Shown: piece after piece, positions 47,287-55,716 of the stretch
Layout: the number at the start of each line of letters is the position of its first letter
How positions within the stretch are numbered: position 1 is the stretch's first letter
DNA from: Coriobacteriia bacterium
Lineage (GTDB): Bacteria; Actinomycetota; Coriobacteriia; Coriobacteriales; UBA8131
Length of the DNA: 64,000 nt
Assembly: GCA_009783085.1 (NCBI GenBank)
Contig: WRHU01000004.1
Span: 76,380 to 140,379, forward strand
Direction of reading: 5' to 3'
Notes under the pieces: model-generated
What the model was told of the DNA's origin: nothing
Database searches by the model: none
Seen by the model: the letters and a program-made list of their open reading frames with translations, nothing else
Translations under genes and position numbers: made by a program

Positions 47287-48216
47287 TTAACCACGTTTTA
47301 CAAGCTCATCGCACAAAGCATCAAGAATAGTGGCGGCAGCATATTGCTCCCACAGCACTTGCGGATATTCGGTGTTACGAGAAGCAAGCTTAAGCTCAAT
47401 GCGACACTCGTCTTCACTACACGCCGCAAGACCAGCACCGAGTGCGGTCTTTATCCCTTCCGCAAACTTTATATCCCCGATAACATCAGCTTCCGTCAAA
47501 CCAACAACCCAAGCGCCTTTTGCTGGTGGTCGCGTCAAAGATGACGCACTCATCACTTTAGCTCCCTCACAGGTCGCGTGAGCAAGGTTTGAAACACGCT
47601 CCGCTACCGAGCGGGTCATCTCGGTAACGCCAAACACACACACGCTCTGCGCTTTGAGCACCTCAGGATCTCGCGCAGGCACACAGCTTCGTCCCTCAAG
47701 ACGTACGCCAGCCTTACCTTCCCACGCATGGCGAAGTCGCTGCAGAGCGACAAAGGTTTCCTCACCAACAATGCCTTTGTCGGGCAGACCCATACTCGCT
47801 TGAAAATCGCGCACGGCGCACTCAGTGGTAGCATCAAAAATCCCGTCGACCGCAAGCGAAAATCCCAACGACGAAAGAGCCCCTTGCAGCATAACCACAT
47901 CGCGCCCCTGAAAATAAGGTCGATGCAAATACAGACTACGCTCCCCCATCGTAAGGCTTGCGTCTACCAGGGCAATCCAAGTTGCTTGGTCAAGCAGCTC
48001 ACCTTCTGGAAGCTGCGTGCTAGCCTTAAAAGCCGAAATGGCCGCAAGAGTTTTTTCTCCATAGAGCCCTTTGTCTACCTCGTCGCCAAGCTCATAGCCA
48101 AGCACGGCAAGTCTGCGCTGCACGTCTTGTACAGCGAGGTCGAACACCGTACCCTCAAGAGGCGGGGCAGTGGTAGTTTTGTTGACTGGTGAACTCATAT
48201 CCTCATTGTACTGCAT
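47287..48216 (-). CDS. Protein with two peptidoglycan-binding (PGBD-like) domains
   Basis: VQRRLAVLGY...GLYGEKT..AI..F and LQGALSSLGF...VDGIFDATTECAVRDFQ...G.VG..T. Confidence 0.82.
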   Translation of the reverse strand: MQYNEDMSSPVNKTTTAPPLEGTVFDLAVQDVQRRLAVLGYELGDEVDKGLYGEKTLAAISAFKASTQLPEGELLDQATWIALVDASLTMGERSLYLHRPYFQGRDVVMLQGALSSLGFSLAVDGIFDATTECAVRDFQASMGLPDKGIVGEETFVALQRLRHAWEGKAGVRLEGRSCVPARDPEVLKAQSVCVFGVTEMTRSVAERVSNLAHATCEGAKVMSASSLTRPPAKGAWVVGLTEADVIGDIKFAEGIKTALGAGLAACSEDECRIELKLASRNTEYPQVLWEQYAAATILDALCDELVKRG

Positions 48217-48354
48217 CAGCGCTATCCGTTACAATCATAAGAAGACGTAAACTTCTGCATTATTGCAAGAAGTACCAACGCAAGCACAGAAAATACGTTG
48301 GCACGCACCAAAATGACGTGCCACACGCACACAAGAGAAAACGAGGTATGAGTT

Positions 48355-49266
48355 ATGCCAGTCAATGTGCCCGATGGGCTTCCTGCCATCGAAACGTTGT
48401 CAAAAGAGAATATTTTTCTTATGACAGAAAAGCGCGCACGAAAACAAGACATTCGTCCGCTTGAGATTGCCATTGTCAACCTCATGCCCACTAAAATTGA
48501 TACCGAAACTCAGCTTATTCGCCTACTCTCGAACTCACCCTTGCAGGTGCATCTCACGCTCATTTCTATGAGTGGGCACGTTTCAAAAAATACTTCAGAG
48601 GCACACATGGAAGCCTTTTATCTTTCGTCGGACGAAGCCCTCAAGCGTCGCTTTGACGGACTTATCGTTACGGGCGCACCCGTTGAAACCCTACCCTATG
48701 AGCAGGTGGACTATTGGGATAAGCTCACAAAAGTGTTTGAGTGGTCGCGCAAGAACGTGTTTAGCTCGCTGTATATCTGCTGGGGCGTGAATGCCGCCCT
48801 GTGGCATTTTTATGGAATCGAAAAGCGCCTCATGGACAAAAAGCTCTCTGGCGTATACGAGATTGAAATTTACGATAAAACAAACCATCTCATGCGTGGT
48901 TTTGACGATTCCTTCCTTATGCCGCAATCGCGCTACGTAACCGTGCTGCCCGATGACCTAAAAACCTCTGAGCTTAAGGTAATTGCAGGCTCAAAAGAAG
49001 CAGGAGCGGTTGTCTTTGCAAACGGAGACCGGCAGATATTTGTTACGGGACATCTTGAATATGATGACCTCACTTTAGACCGCGAATATAAGCGTGATGT
49101 TGCCGCTGGACTCCCTATTGCCGTGCCGTGCAACTACTATCCCGATGATGACCCGAGCAAAACGCCGCTCATTCGTTGGCGCACCTACGCTCATCAGTTC
49201 TTTGCCAACTGGCTCAACCATTGCGTATACCAAGAAACGCCGTTTGACCTCCGAGATATTCGTTGA
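48355..49266 (+). CDS. metA: Homoserine O-acyltransferase (MetA family), probably an acetyltransferase
   Basis: Motifs LNLMP.K..TE.Q, TGAPVE (Glu at the specificity position), YICWG, PQSR, TGHLEYD and W..YAHQFFANWLN. Confidence 0.93.
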   Translation: MPVNVPDGLPAIETLSKENIFLMTEKRARKQDIRPLEIAIVNLMPTKIDTETQLIRLLSNSPLQVHLTLISMSGHVSKNTSEAHMEAFYLSSDEALKRRFDGLIVTGAPVETLPYEQVDYWDKLTKVFEWSRKNVFSSLYICWGVNAALWHFYGIEKRLMDKKLSGVYEIEIYDKTNHLMRGFDDSFLMPQSRYVTVLPDDLKTSELKVIAGSKEAGAVVFANGDRQIFVTGHLEYDDLTLDREYKRDVAAGLPIAVPCNYYPDDDPSKTPLIRWRTYAHQFFANWLNHCVYQETPFDLRDIR

Positions 49267-49421
49267 GGAAATGTAATGCTACAATGTTGATACACTACTA
49301 TTCCCTGAAACGCTTAAGAAAATGCGCCACAGGAGAATCCTGCCGATAAGAGCACACAAAGGCGAAGTAAGAAAATGTCTGCTGAGTGCTGTTTGTTATC
49401 CATTGGAGGTTTGTTAGATTT

Positions 49422-51020
49422 ATGAACAAAAGAACATCAAACTACCGTAAGGCAAGTGCTTCCAATAGGCAAAGAGTACCCCATGCTGAGCGTAAGCCCA
49501 TCACATCCAGGCAATTGGACATAAGCGAAGCGAGCAAAAGTGCTGAGTTGGCGGTGGACGAAACGATTGACGAGAAAACCAACGCTGACATTGTGGTTGA
49601 TGTTGACGCTGACGCCAGTGCTTATTCGCGCACGAGCACGCGTTATCATGCTCGAAACACTGACGATGATGACGGCGATGGTGATGGCGATACGAGCGAT
49701 GGCGATACGAGCGATGTTGCTGCGGACAACGACGACGTTGCCGATAACAGCACCGCTGCCGATAACAGCACCACTGCTGATAACAACGCCGGCTCAACCA
49801 TGAGTTATGCCGCTGTTGGCGAAAGTGTACCTGAGCTTCCCTTTGCTTTTGAAGAAGAAAACGAGATTGAAAAGAACGCAGACAAAGACAACAAGCAAGT
49901 TTTGGATACAGACAGCAAAAAACCTGCCGGAACAAGCACCCGCGATTCTCGACGCATCAGCATCCGCGAAATAGAGCAAGACGACTTGGAGCGCAGTGCA
50001 CGGCAAGCCTCAGGACGCAACAAGGAGCGCTCAGGCAGGGCAAGAGCTATCCAGCAAAGTGCTCAAGATTCACAAAAGCCACGCACGGGAACTGCTCGAA
50101 GAGACAGTACAAAGACCTCTGCGCTCGGCACTTTTTCTGCTTCTGCCAAAACAGCTTCCTCTAAAAAGACGGGCTTCCAAAACTACACCAAAGGTACCAG
50201 CAAACCAGATGCCTACACGCCTCTTACTGAGAATAGTGGCAATTATCATATTCGGGGTGGCGGAAAGCTTCAGCTCAAATCTCCTGCTTTTATTATCGTC
50301 TATGGTCTCATTTTGGTTGCTGCTCTTGCGCTGGTTGCCGTTGCACTGAATGGCATCCTAACCACACTCTCAAACGGTGCGGATCGTAACCCAATAACTT
50401 TAACGCAGGCTGAGACACGCGCTGCCATCGACGAGAATATGCCTATCCTCGTAAACAACCTTGATAAAAAGGTCAGTGATGCAGTAAAAAGCCTCAGTGG
50501 TGACGGACGAACGATTTTCCAAGACGAGCGCTATACTCCCGATTCTATTGATCCAACGGCAAAAGGACAAGGTATTATCTTTATGCCCCAGTCTGTCACC
50601 GATGAGTTCATGGAAGGATTTTTTGAAGGATCGTACGTTCCTTATACTCCCGGAGAACTCCAAGAATTTTTTAACGGCTCTTGGTCGCTTGAGATGGCAC
50701 GGGGAGACTTAGGCGCGCAACACAAGCTGCGCTACATAAATCTCAACGCTGCAAGCGTTAAGGACGAGATGAAAACACTCGCAGATTTTCAAGAACTTTC
50801 TGGCGAAGGCATCACCATTGCTGCAGAAGGCACTGACCCCCGTGGAAACTTCGTTATGCAAGGCACCAAAGCGGTTGGAGAAAGAATCTATTACTGGAAA
50901 ATTGCTGCCTGCTCATTTAATGAGATATACCGAGGTAGGTCGATACCAAACAATGCTGCCTACGTGAGCTGCACGGTTTCTGATTTCGATTTCTATACGG
51001 GTAGCGACGAGATAAAATAG
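49422..51020 (+). CDS. Hypothetical single-TM protein with a long acidic disordered N-terminus and an extracytoplasmic C-terminal domain
   Basis: Long ORF; Asp/Thr repeats; TM AFIIVYGLILVAALALVAVALNGIL. Confidence 0.7.
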   Translation: MNKRTSNYRKASASNRQRVPHAERKPITSRQLDISEASKSAELAVDETIDEKTNADIVVDVDADASAYSRTSTRYHARNTDDDDGDGDGDTSDGDTSDVAADNDDVADNSTAADNSTTADNNAGSTMSYAAVGESVPELPFAFEEENEIEKNADKDNKQVLDTDSKKPAGTSTRDSRRISIREIEQDDLERSARQASGRNKERSGRARAIQQSAQDSQKPRTGTARRDSTKTSALGTFSASAKTASSKKTGFQNYTKGTSKPDAYTPLTENSGNYHIRGGGKLQLKSPAFIIVYGLILVAALALVAVALNGILTTLSNGADRNPITLTQAETRAAIDENMPILVNNLDKKVSDAVKSLSGDGRTIFQDERYTPDSIDPTAKGQGIIFMPQSVTDEFMEGFFEGSYVPYTPGELQEFFNGSWSLEMARGDLGAQHKLRYINLNAASVKDEMKTLADFQELSGEGITIAAEGTDPRGNFVMQGTKAVGERIYYWKIAACSFNEIYRGRSIPNNAAYVSCTVSDFDFYTGSDEIK

Positions 51021-51059
51021 CAGGTTGGTGCAGACGAGTACACCTACGCATAAGAAACA

Positions 51060-51503
51060 CTAGAGGCAAGAAAAGCGCATCGAGAACGTTCCGACTTGAA
51101 CCAACGTGCCTTCAACAAGTTCTGCTTCCTCGACAACTTTGCCGTCTATCCACGTACCGTTAAGAGAATCACCATCGCGAATGAGGAGCTTACCGTTTTC
51201 CTCTAAGATGAGTGCGTGGCGACGCGAAACGGTCATATTGTTTAAGAACAAGTCGCAGTCTGGATCACGCCCTATGCTCACGGGCAAGGGCTCCAAAGAA
51301 AAAACCTCGCCAGCAATGGGGCCTTTGGTAACGGTTAAATGAGGTGTTCCACGCAGCTCCGTACCATCTATGGCTATGCCTCCCGTGCCGGGAGTTGAAA
51401 ACTCCTGCGTTGCACCCACCAACTTGAAACCACAATATATACATTCATTGGCACTTGCGTCGATTTCATGACGACATACCGGGCAGCTTACTGTGTTGCT
51501 CAT
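51060..51503 (-). CDS. Zinc-ribbon plus FHA domain protein
   Basis: CPVC...CIYCG, then FHA motifs SIGR, VSRRHA and SLNGTWI. Confidence 0.9.
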   Translation of the reverse strand: MSNTVSCPVCRHEIDASANECIYCGFKLVGATQEFSTPGTGGIAIDGTELRGTPHLTVTKGPIAGEVFSLEPLPVSIGRDPDCDLFLNNMTVSRRHALILEENGKLLIRDGDSLNGTWIDGKVVEEAELVEGTLVQVGTFSMRFSCL

Positions 51504-51559
51504 AGCTCGTCCTTTCGTATTCCATTTTGATTTTAACACGAAACAGCGCGTGCCATCAC

Positions 51560-52357
51560 CTAGAGCGTTTTAAGAGCACGAGCGCCCACAAAATCACGGG
51601 TAGTGCGCAAAAGCGCGCTGAGCTCAGGAGTGTCAGGCTGGCAATACTCACTACGTTCTGCGCCAGAAAACCACGTACGTGCCGCCTGACGAGCCGCACA
51701 ATACTCCTCCCACGAAGCAGGATCAATCTCAGGAAAACTCAATAAAAGATGCTCAAGACTTGGCGAGAGAGAGGGCGCAACCGAAAGCTCAAAGTAGCCT
51801 CCCTCAAGCAGCGGATAGCTAAAAACAAAGGCTGGGAGTCCGTCCAAGGTGCAAAGTCCAGCACAGCGTCCTCCCAGTGTCGCATCAAGCTCACCAGCGG
51901 CTAAATCGTCAATAATGGTGTGGGCGGCGGGACCATAAACAGCAACCGTTTTGAGGTCTTTTGTTTTGTCCTCGAGCTCCAGCTGGCTAAAGACGGCGCC
52001 CGTTTCGTCGCTCAGTTCAGCATGGGCCTCAAGCCAAGCAAATACCTCGCCTTTGGTTGACGGGTGAGTCGTGAGCATATATTCAGTATCTCCTGTGCGC
52101 GTTATTATCACAAGATCGATAATCTCTGCCTGCCCCGTTAGCACCAGCGCAGCTGCTGCCGTACCAACCTTATCAAGGCGCGAAATATCAACCGTTGTCA
52201 TGGTATGGACAAAAAGAGGAGCAGAAGCACCGCTCAGGCGAATTCTGCCAAGGCCGTCGAGAAAAGCAAACTGCGCCCTATCTGACTCTGCGGCACTCGT
52301 CCCCCCTGATTTTACAGCACTCGTCCCCTTTGGCTTTACGCCACTCATCTTGCTCAT
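51560..52357 (-). CDS. Aminomethyltransferase-like (GcvT/YgfZ fold) protein, apparently lacking the C-terminal domain
   Basis: GRIRLSG..A..FV..MTT.DI, VAVYGP.A and the terminal DFVGARAL. Confidence 0.7.
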   Translation of the reverse strand: MSKMSGVKPKGTSAVKSGGTSAAESDRAQFAFLDGLGRIRLSGASAPLFVHTMTTVDISRLDKVGTAAAALVLTGQAEIIDLVIITRTGDTEYMLTTHPSTKGEVFAWLEAHAELSDETGAVFSQLELEDKTKDLKTVAVYGPAAHTIIDDLAAGELDATLGGRCAGLCTLDGLPAFVFSYPLLEGGYFELSVAPSLSPSLEHLLLSFPEIDPASWEEYCAARQAARTWFSGAERSEYCQPDTPELSALLRTTRDFVGARALKTL

Positions 52358-53847
52358 TAGGCTGCTTTTCGCCCCTCGCGGTGCGATTGGAGGGTAGATG
52401 ATGAGTTGGTTTCTTGCGCGATGCCAACGGTATTAAGAAGTATTTGGAACCCATTGGAAACGCCCGCCCAAAAACCATCAGACGAACTGCGCGCGCTGGA
52501 ACCAACAATACTTTGTCCTGCTATAAGGTCAGAGGTTACCACTGTTCTGCCATCTTGCAGCCACGTTATTGAGCCACAAACCTGTCCTTCCTCAACTGCG
52601 CCTCGCACATCATCAAGATCAATAACGTATTTGAAAGGACCATTAAAATCAAAATTGCTCACCTGTATAGCCTCGGGAACAGACAAAACAACACTGGTAT
52701 TTGAAAGTCCCGCAGGAAACAGCATGCCGAGTTCTTGTGTAGGGTTTACCAGCTCTACCGTTTCGAAATGCCCAAGGCCCCAACTAAGAAGCGTTGCAGA
52801 ATCCTCAAAACTTCCTTCTCTATCGTTGCAGTCAAAGACAATAGAATACAACTCCACACCATTAAGCTTAGCGCCACCAATAAAGCAGTAACCAGCGCCG
52901 TAGGTGTGCCCAGTTTTTATGCCAACGATTTCAACTGCATCAAGATAGTCATACATTTTATTGGTACTTTCAAGCTCAAGCGTGGTGTTGTCAACTTTGA
53001 TGTTTTTCTCGCGCGTTGCAACTATCTCTCTAAAGGTTGCATTTTTCATGACCTCACAGGTGAGCTTACTGTAGTCTTCAATGGTTGTGTAGTTGTTGTC
53101 ATCAGACCAGCCCGTTGCATCTCCATAATGAGTAGAGGTCATTCCAAGATCGGCAGCCTTTTTGTTCATAAGAGCCGTAAAGTCTTCCTCGCTCTCACTA
53201 ATGTTTTCGGCAATGCACACAGCCGCATCATTGCCCGAAGGCAACAGCATGCAATACAGCAAGTCTGAAAGCGTCAGAACCATGTTTGGCAAGATGCCAG
53301 ATCCCGTACCCTCCATATAGCCGGCCTTTTGGCTAACCGTCATTTCAGTATCCAACGTAGTTGTCTCAAGGGCAATCAGGGCAGTCATGAGCTTGGTAGT
53401 TGATGCCATCGGCGTCTTTTTATCTACCTTACGCTCAAAAAGTGCCTGTCCGTCGGCGGTGTACAGGCCTGCATAGCCTGCATCTATATTGGGGAGGTCA
53501 TCGGTTAAGCCCTCGTAGTCAGAAACGGGTCTACCAGCGATAAGGTCAGTTTCTGGGAGAAACGTTTGCGGAGTCAGACGATAGTGCGCAGTGCTTACTG
53601 CGACCTCGCTCGTTGTGCTCTCGGTTGCCGCACGTTCGTTTGGCAGCGAAAAAGCTCGGCTTGCCGCTCCCACAAACAAACCTCCACCAAGTGCAAGCAC
53701 TACCAAGGCGATAATAATCCAGCGGGCAACAATAACCCACGTTTTTTCTTGCCGTACTTGAGGAGATCTCGGCGGGTTTTTATGCGTCCCCTTTTTTGGG
53801 GAGGATTTTTTTTGAGGTGCCATCATGCTGCGTCCTATCTCCACCAA
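52357..53847 (-). CDS. D-alanyl-D-alanine carboxypeptidase (peptidase S11, DacA/DacB-like)
   Basis: Catalytic motifs STTK (SxxK), SGN and KTG; N-terminal TM. Confidence 0.92.
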   Translation of the reverse strand: MVEIGRSMMAPQKKSSPKKGTHKNPPRSPQVRQEKTWVIVARWIIIALVVLALGGGLFVGAASRAFSLPNERAATESTTSEVAVSTAHYRLTPQTFLPETDLIAGRPVSDYEGLTDDLPNIDAGYAGLYTADGQALFERKVDKKTPMASTTKLMTALIALETTTLDTEMTVSQKAGYMEGTGSGILPNMVLTLSDLLYCMLLPSGNDAAVCIAENISESEEDFTALMNKKAADLGMTSTHYGDATGWSDDNNYTTIEDYSKLTCEVMKNATFREIVATREKNIKVDNTTLELESTNKMYDYLDAVEIVGIKTGHTYGAGYCFIGGAKLNGVELYSIVFDCNDREGSFEDSATLLSWGLGHFETVELVNPTQELGMLFPAGLSNTSVVLSVPEAIQVSNFDFNGPFKYVIDLDDVRGAVEEGQVCGSITWLQDGRTVVTSDLIAGQSIVGSSARSSSDGFWAGVSNGFQILLNTVGIAQETNSSSTLQSHREGRKAA

Positions 53848-53864
53848 ACTCTACCCACAACGCA

Positions 53865-54290
53865 CTATGCGTTATAGACGTCCTCAGGGGCAAGCAGCTT
53901 AAAGCCTGCCTCATCTACAATAGCAAAAACGCGCTCGTTATCATCAACGCGCAGTATGTCAACGGCCTCACCGGCGTGCGCACTAAAGCAATAGGCGTAC
54001 TCAACATTGACTCCTGCTTCGTCAAAAGCTTCAAAGAGTTCTGCAAGTCCTCCGGCGCGATCTGGAATAGAAACGGCACACACCTTGGTTATCTTAGCAC
54101 GATAACCAGCATCAACAAGCGCCTCACATGCTCGCGTGGGCTCATCAGCGATAATGCGTGCAACGCCATAATCAGCAGTATCGGCAATGGTAAGCGCACG
54201 CATAGATATGTTCGCATCTCCGAGCGCTCTGCACATAGCAGCAAGTCGACCTCGGTCGTTTTCAAGAAATACCGTGATTTGGTCAATCAT
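53865..54290 (-). CDS. Tandem ACT-domain protein
   Basis: QITVFLENDRGRL, DTADYGVARII and GVNVEYAY. Confidence 0.88.
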   Translation of the reverse strand: MIDQITVFLENDRGRLAAMCRALGDANISMRALTIADTADYGVARIIADEPTRACEALVDAGYRAKITKVCAVSIPDRAGGLAELFEAFDEAGVNVEYAYCFSAHAGEAVDILRVDDNERVFAIVDEAGFKLLAPEDVYNA

Positions 54291-54335
54291 AGCTTGCTCC
54301 TCTTTTTGCAACAAATGCCTTTGCTGCCTCATAGT

Positions 54336-55700
54336 TTACCGCAAATCGACAACGCGTTTTGCCTTGCCTTCACTGCGCTCAATGCTTTTTGGTTCAACAA
54401 TTTTTACGTCAACCGCAACCTGCAAATTGCTCTTAAGTTCAGAGTTAATGCGATGAGCCAAATCCTCAATTTTGCGAATCTCATCAAAGTCAAAGTCGGG
54501 CACCGTTTCTACCTGCAACGTTACGTGGTCAAGTGCTCCGCGACGCGTAAGTATAATCTGATAGTAGCTCGTAACCTCGTCAAAGGAAGAGATAACCTGC
54601 TGTATCTGGCTCGGGAACACGTTGACCCCACGAATAATGAGCATGTCATCGGTGCGGCCACTAATGCGATCCATGCGCCGCAAGGTGCGCCCACAGCTGC
54701 ACACACCAGGAATAATCCGTGAAATATCCCGCGTGCGATAGCGAATAAGCGGTGAACATTCTTTGGTAAGCGTAGTAAATACCAGCTCACCCCACTCTCC
54801 TTCTGCCACGGGCTCAAGCGTTTGCGGGTCGATGATTTCTATGATGAAGTGATCCTCGGCAACGTGCAGGCCGTCTTGGTAGCTGCACTCGCAGGACACA
54901 CCAGGCCCCATAACCTCAGAAAGCCCATAAATATCTATAACTTTAACGCCTAACTTGTTCTCAATTTCTTTGCGCATATTTTCTGAGCAGGGCTCAGCGC
55001 CCAAAATAGCGCCTGAAACCTTAAAGTCAGTCGCAGGATTAAGACCCATTTCCAAGGCGGTATCAGCAATAAGCAAGGCATAGGACGGAGTACAGGCCAA
55101 AATATCAACACCAAAATCAGACATCATCTGTATTTGTCGCTTGGTATTGCCGCTTGACATGGGGAGAATGGTAGAGCCCATACGGATAGCACCCTCATGC
55201 GCTCCAAGCCCACCCGTAAACAGACCATAACCGTAAGAAATCTGTAGTATCGACTCAGGACCTCCGCCCGCCTGCGCAATGCAGCGCGCAAAACAATCGC
55301 CCCAGTTGTTAAGGTCATTTTGCGTGTAGCCACACACCGTCGCATTGCCCGTTGTGCCACTTGAAGCGTGTAAGCGTTGCACGCGATCATGCACATCAAC
55401 CGCAAACAAGCCAAAGGGATACGCATCGCGCATATCTTGTTTGGTGGTAAACGGAAGCGAGCGTAAGTCATCGAGCGAATTGACATCATTCGGAGTAAGC
55501 CCCAATCCGTCAAAGGCCTTGCGGTAAAAGGGAATATTCTCATAACAGTTTGCAACCGTTGCCTTAAGACGTTTGAGCTGTAATGCCTCAAGCTCATCGC
55601 GGGCCATTGTTTCAAGCTCTGACTGATAATAGTTTTGCTTCTTTTGGTCTGCTGCTAGCAGTTCGGATGTTGGCGCAGCAGATGGCGCAGCACAACTCAC
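54336..55700 (-). CDS. paaK: Phenylacetate--CoA ligase family
   Basis: Motifs HASSGTTG, YGLFTGGLG, ACTPSY, YGLSEVMGP and GRTDDMLIIRGVNVFP; probable GTG start at 55700. Confidence 0.9.
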   Translation of the reverse strand: MSCAAPSAAPTSELLAADQKKQNYYQSELETMARDELEALQLKRLKATVANCYENIPFYRKAFDGLGLTPNDVNSLDDLRSLPFTTKQDMRDAYPFGLFAVDVHDRVQRLHASSGTTGNATVCGYTQNDLNNWGDCFARCIAQAGGGPESILQISYGYGLFTGGLGAHEGAIRMGSTILPMSSGNTKRQIQMMSDFGVDILACTPSYALLIADTALEMGLNPATDFKVSGAILGAEPCSENMRKEIENKLGVKVIDIYGLSEVMGPGVSCECSYQDGLHVAEDHFIIEIIDPQTLEPVAEGEWGELVFTTLTKECSPLIRYRTRDISRIIPGVCSCGRTLRRMDRISGRTDDMLIIRGVNVFPSQIQQVISSFDEVTSYYQIILTRRGALDHVTLQVETVPDFDFDEIRKIEDLAHRINSELKSNLQVAVDVKIVEPKSIERSEGKAKRVVDLR

Positions 55701-55716
55701 AGCGTCGCCCTCTTCC

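Noticed and set aside
48220-48354. SAM riboswitch upstream of metA
   Set aside because: No SAM-I/IV conserved core is recognisable, and the region is short and shared with a divergent promoter.
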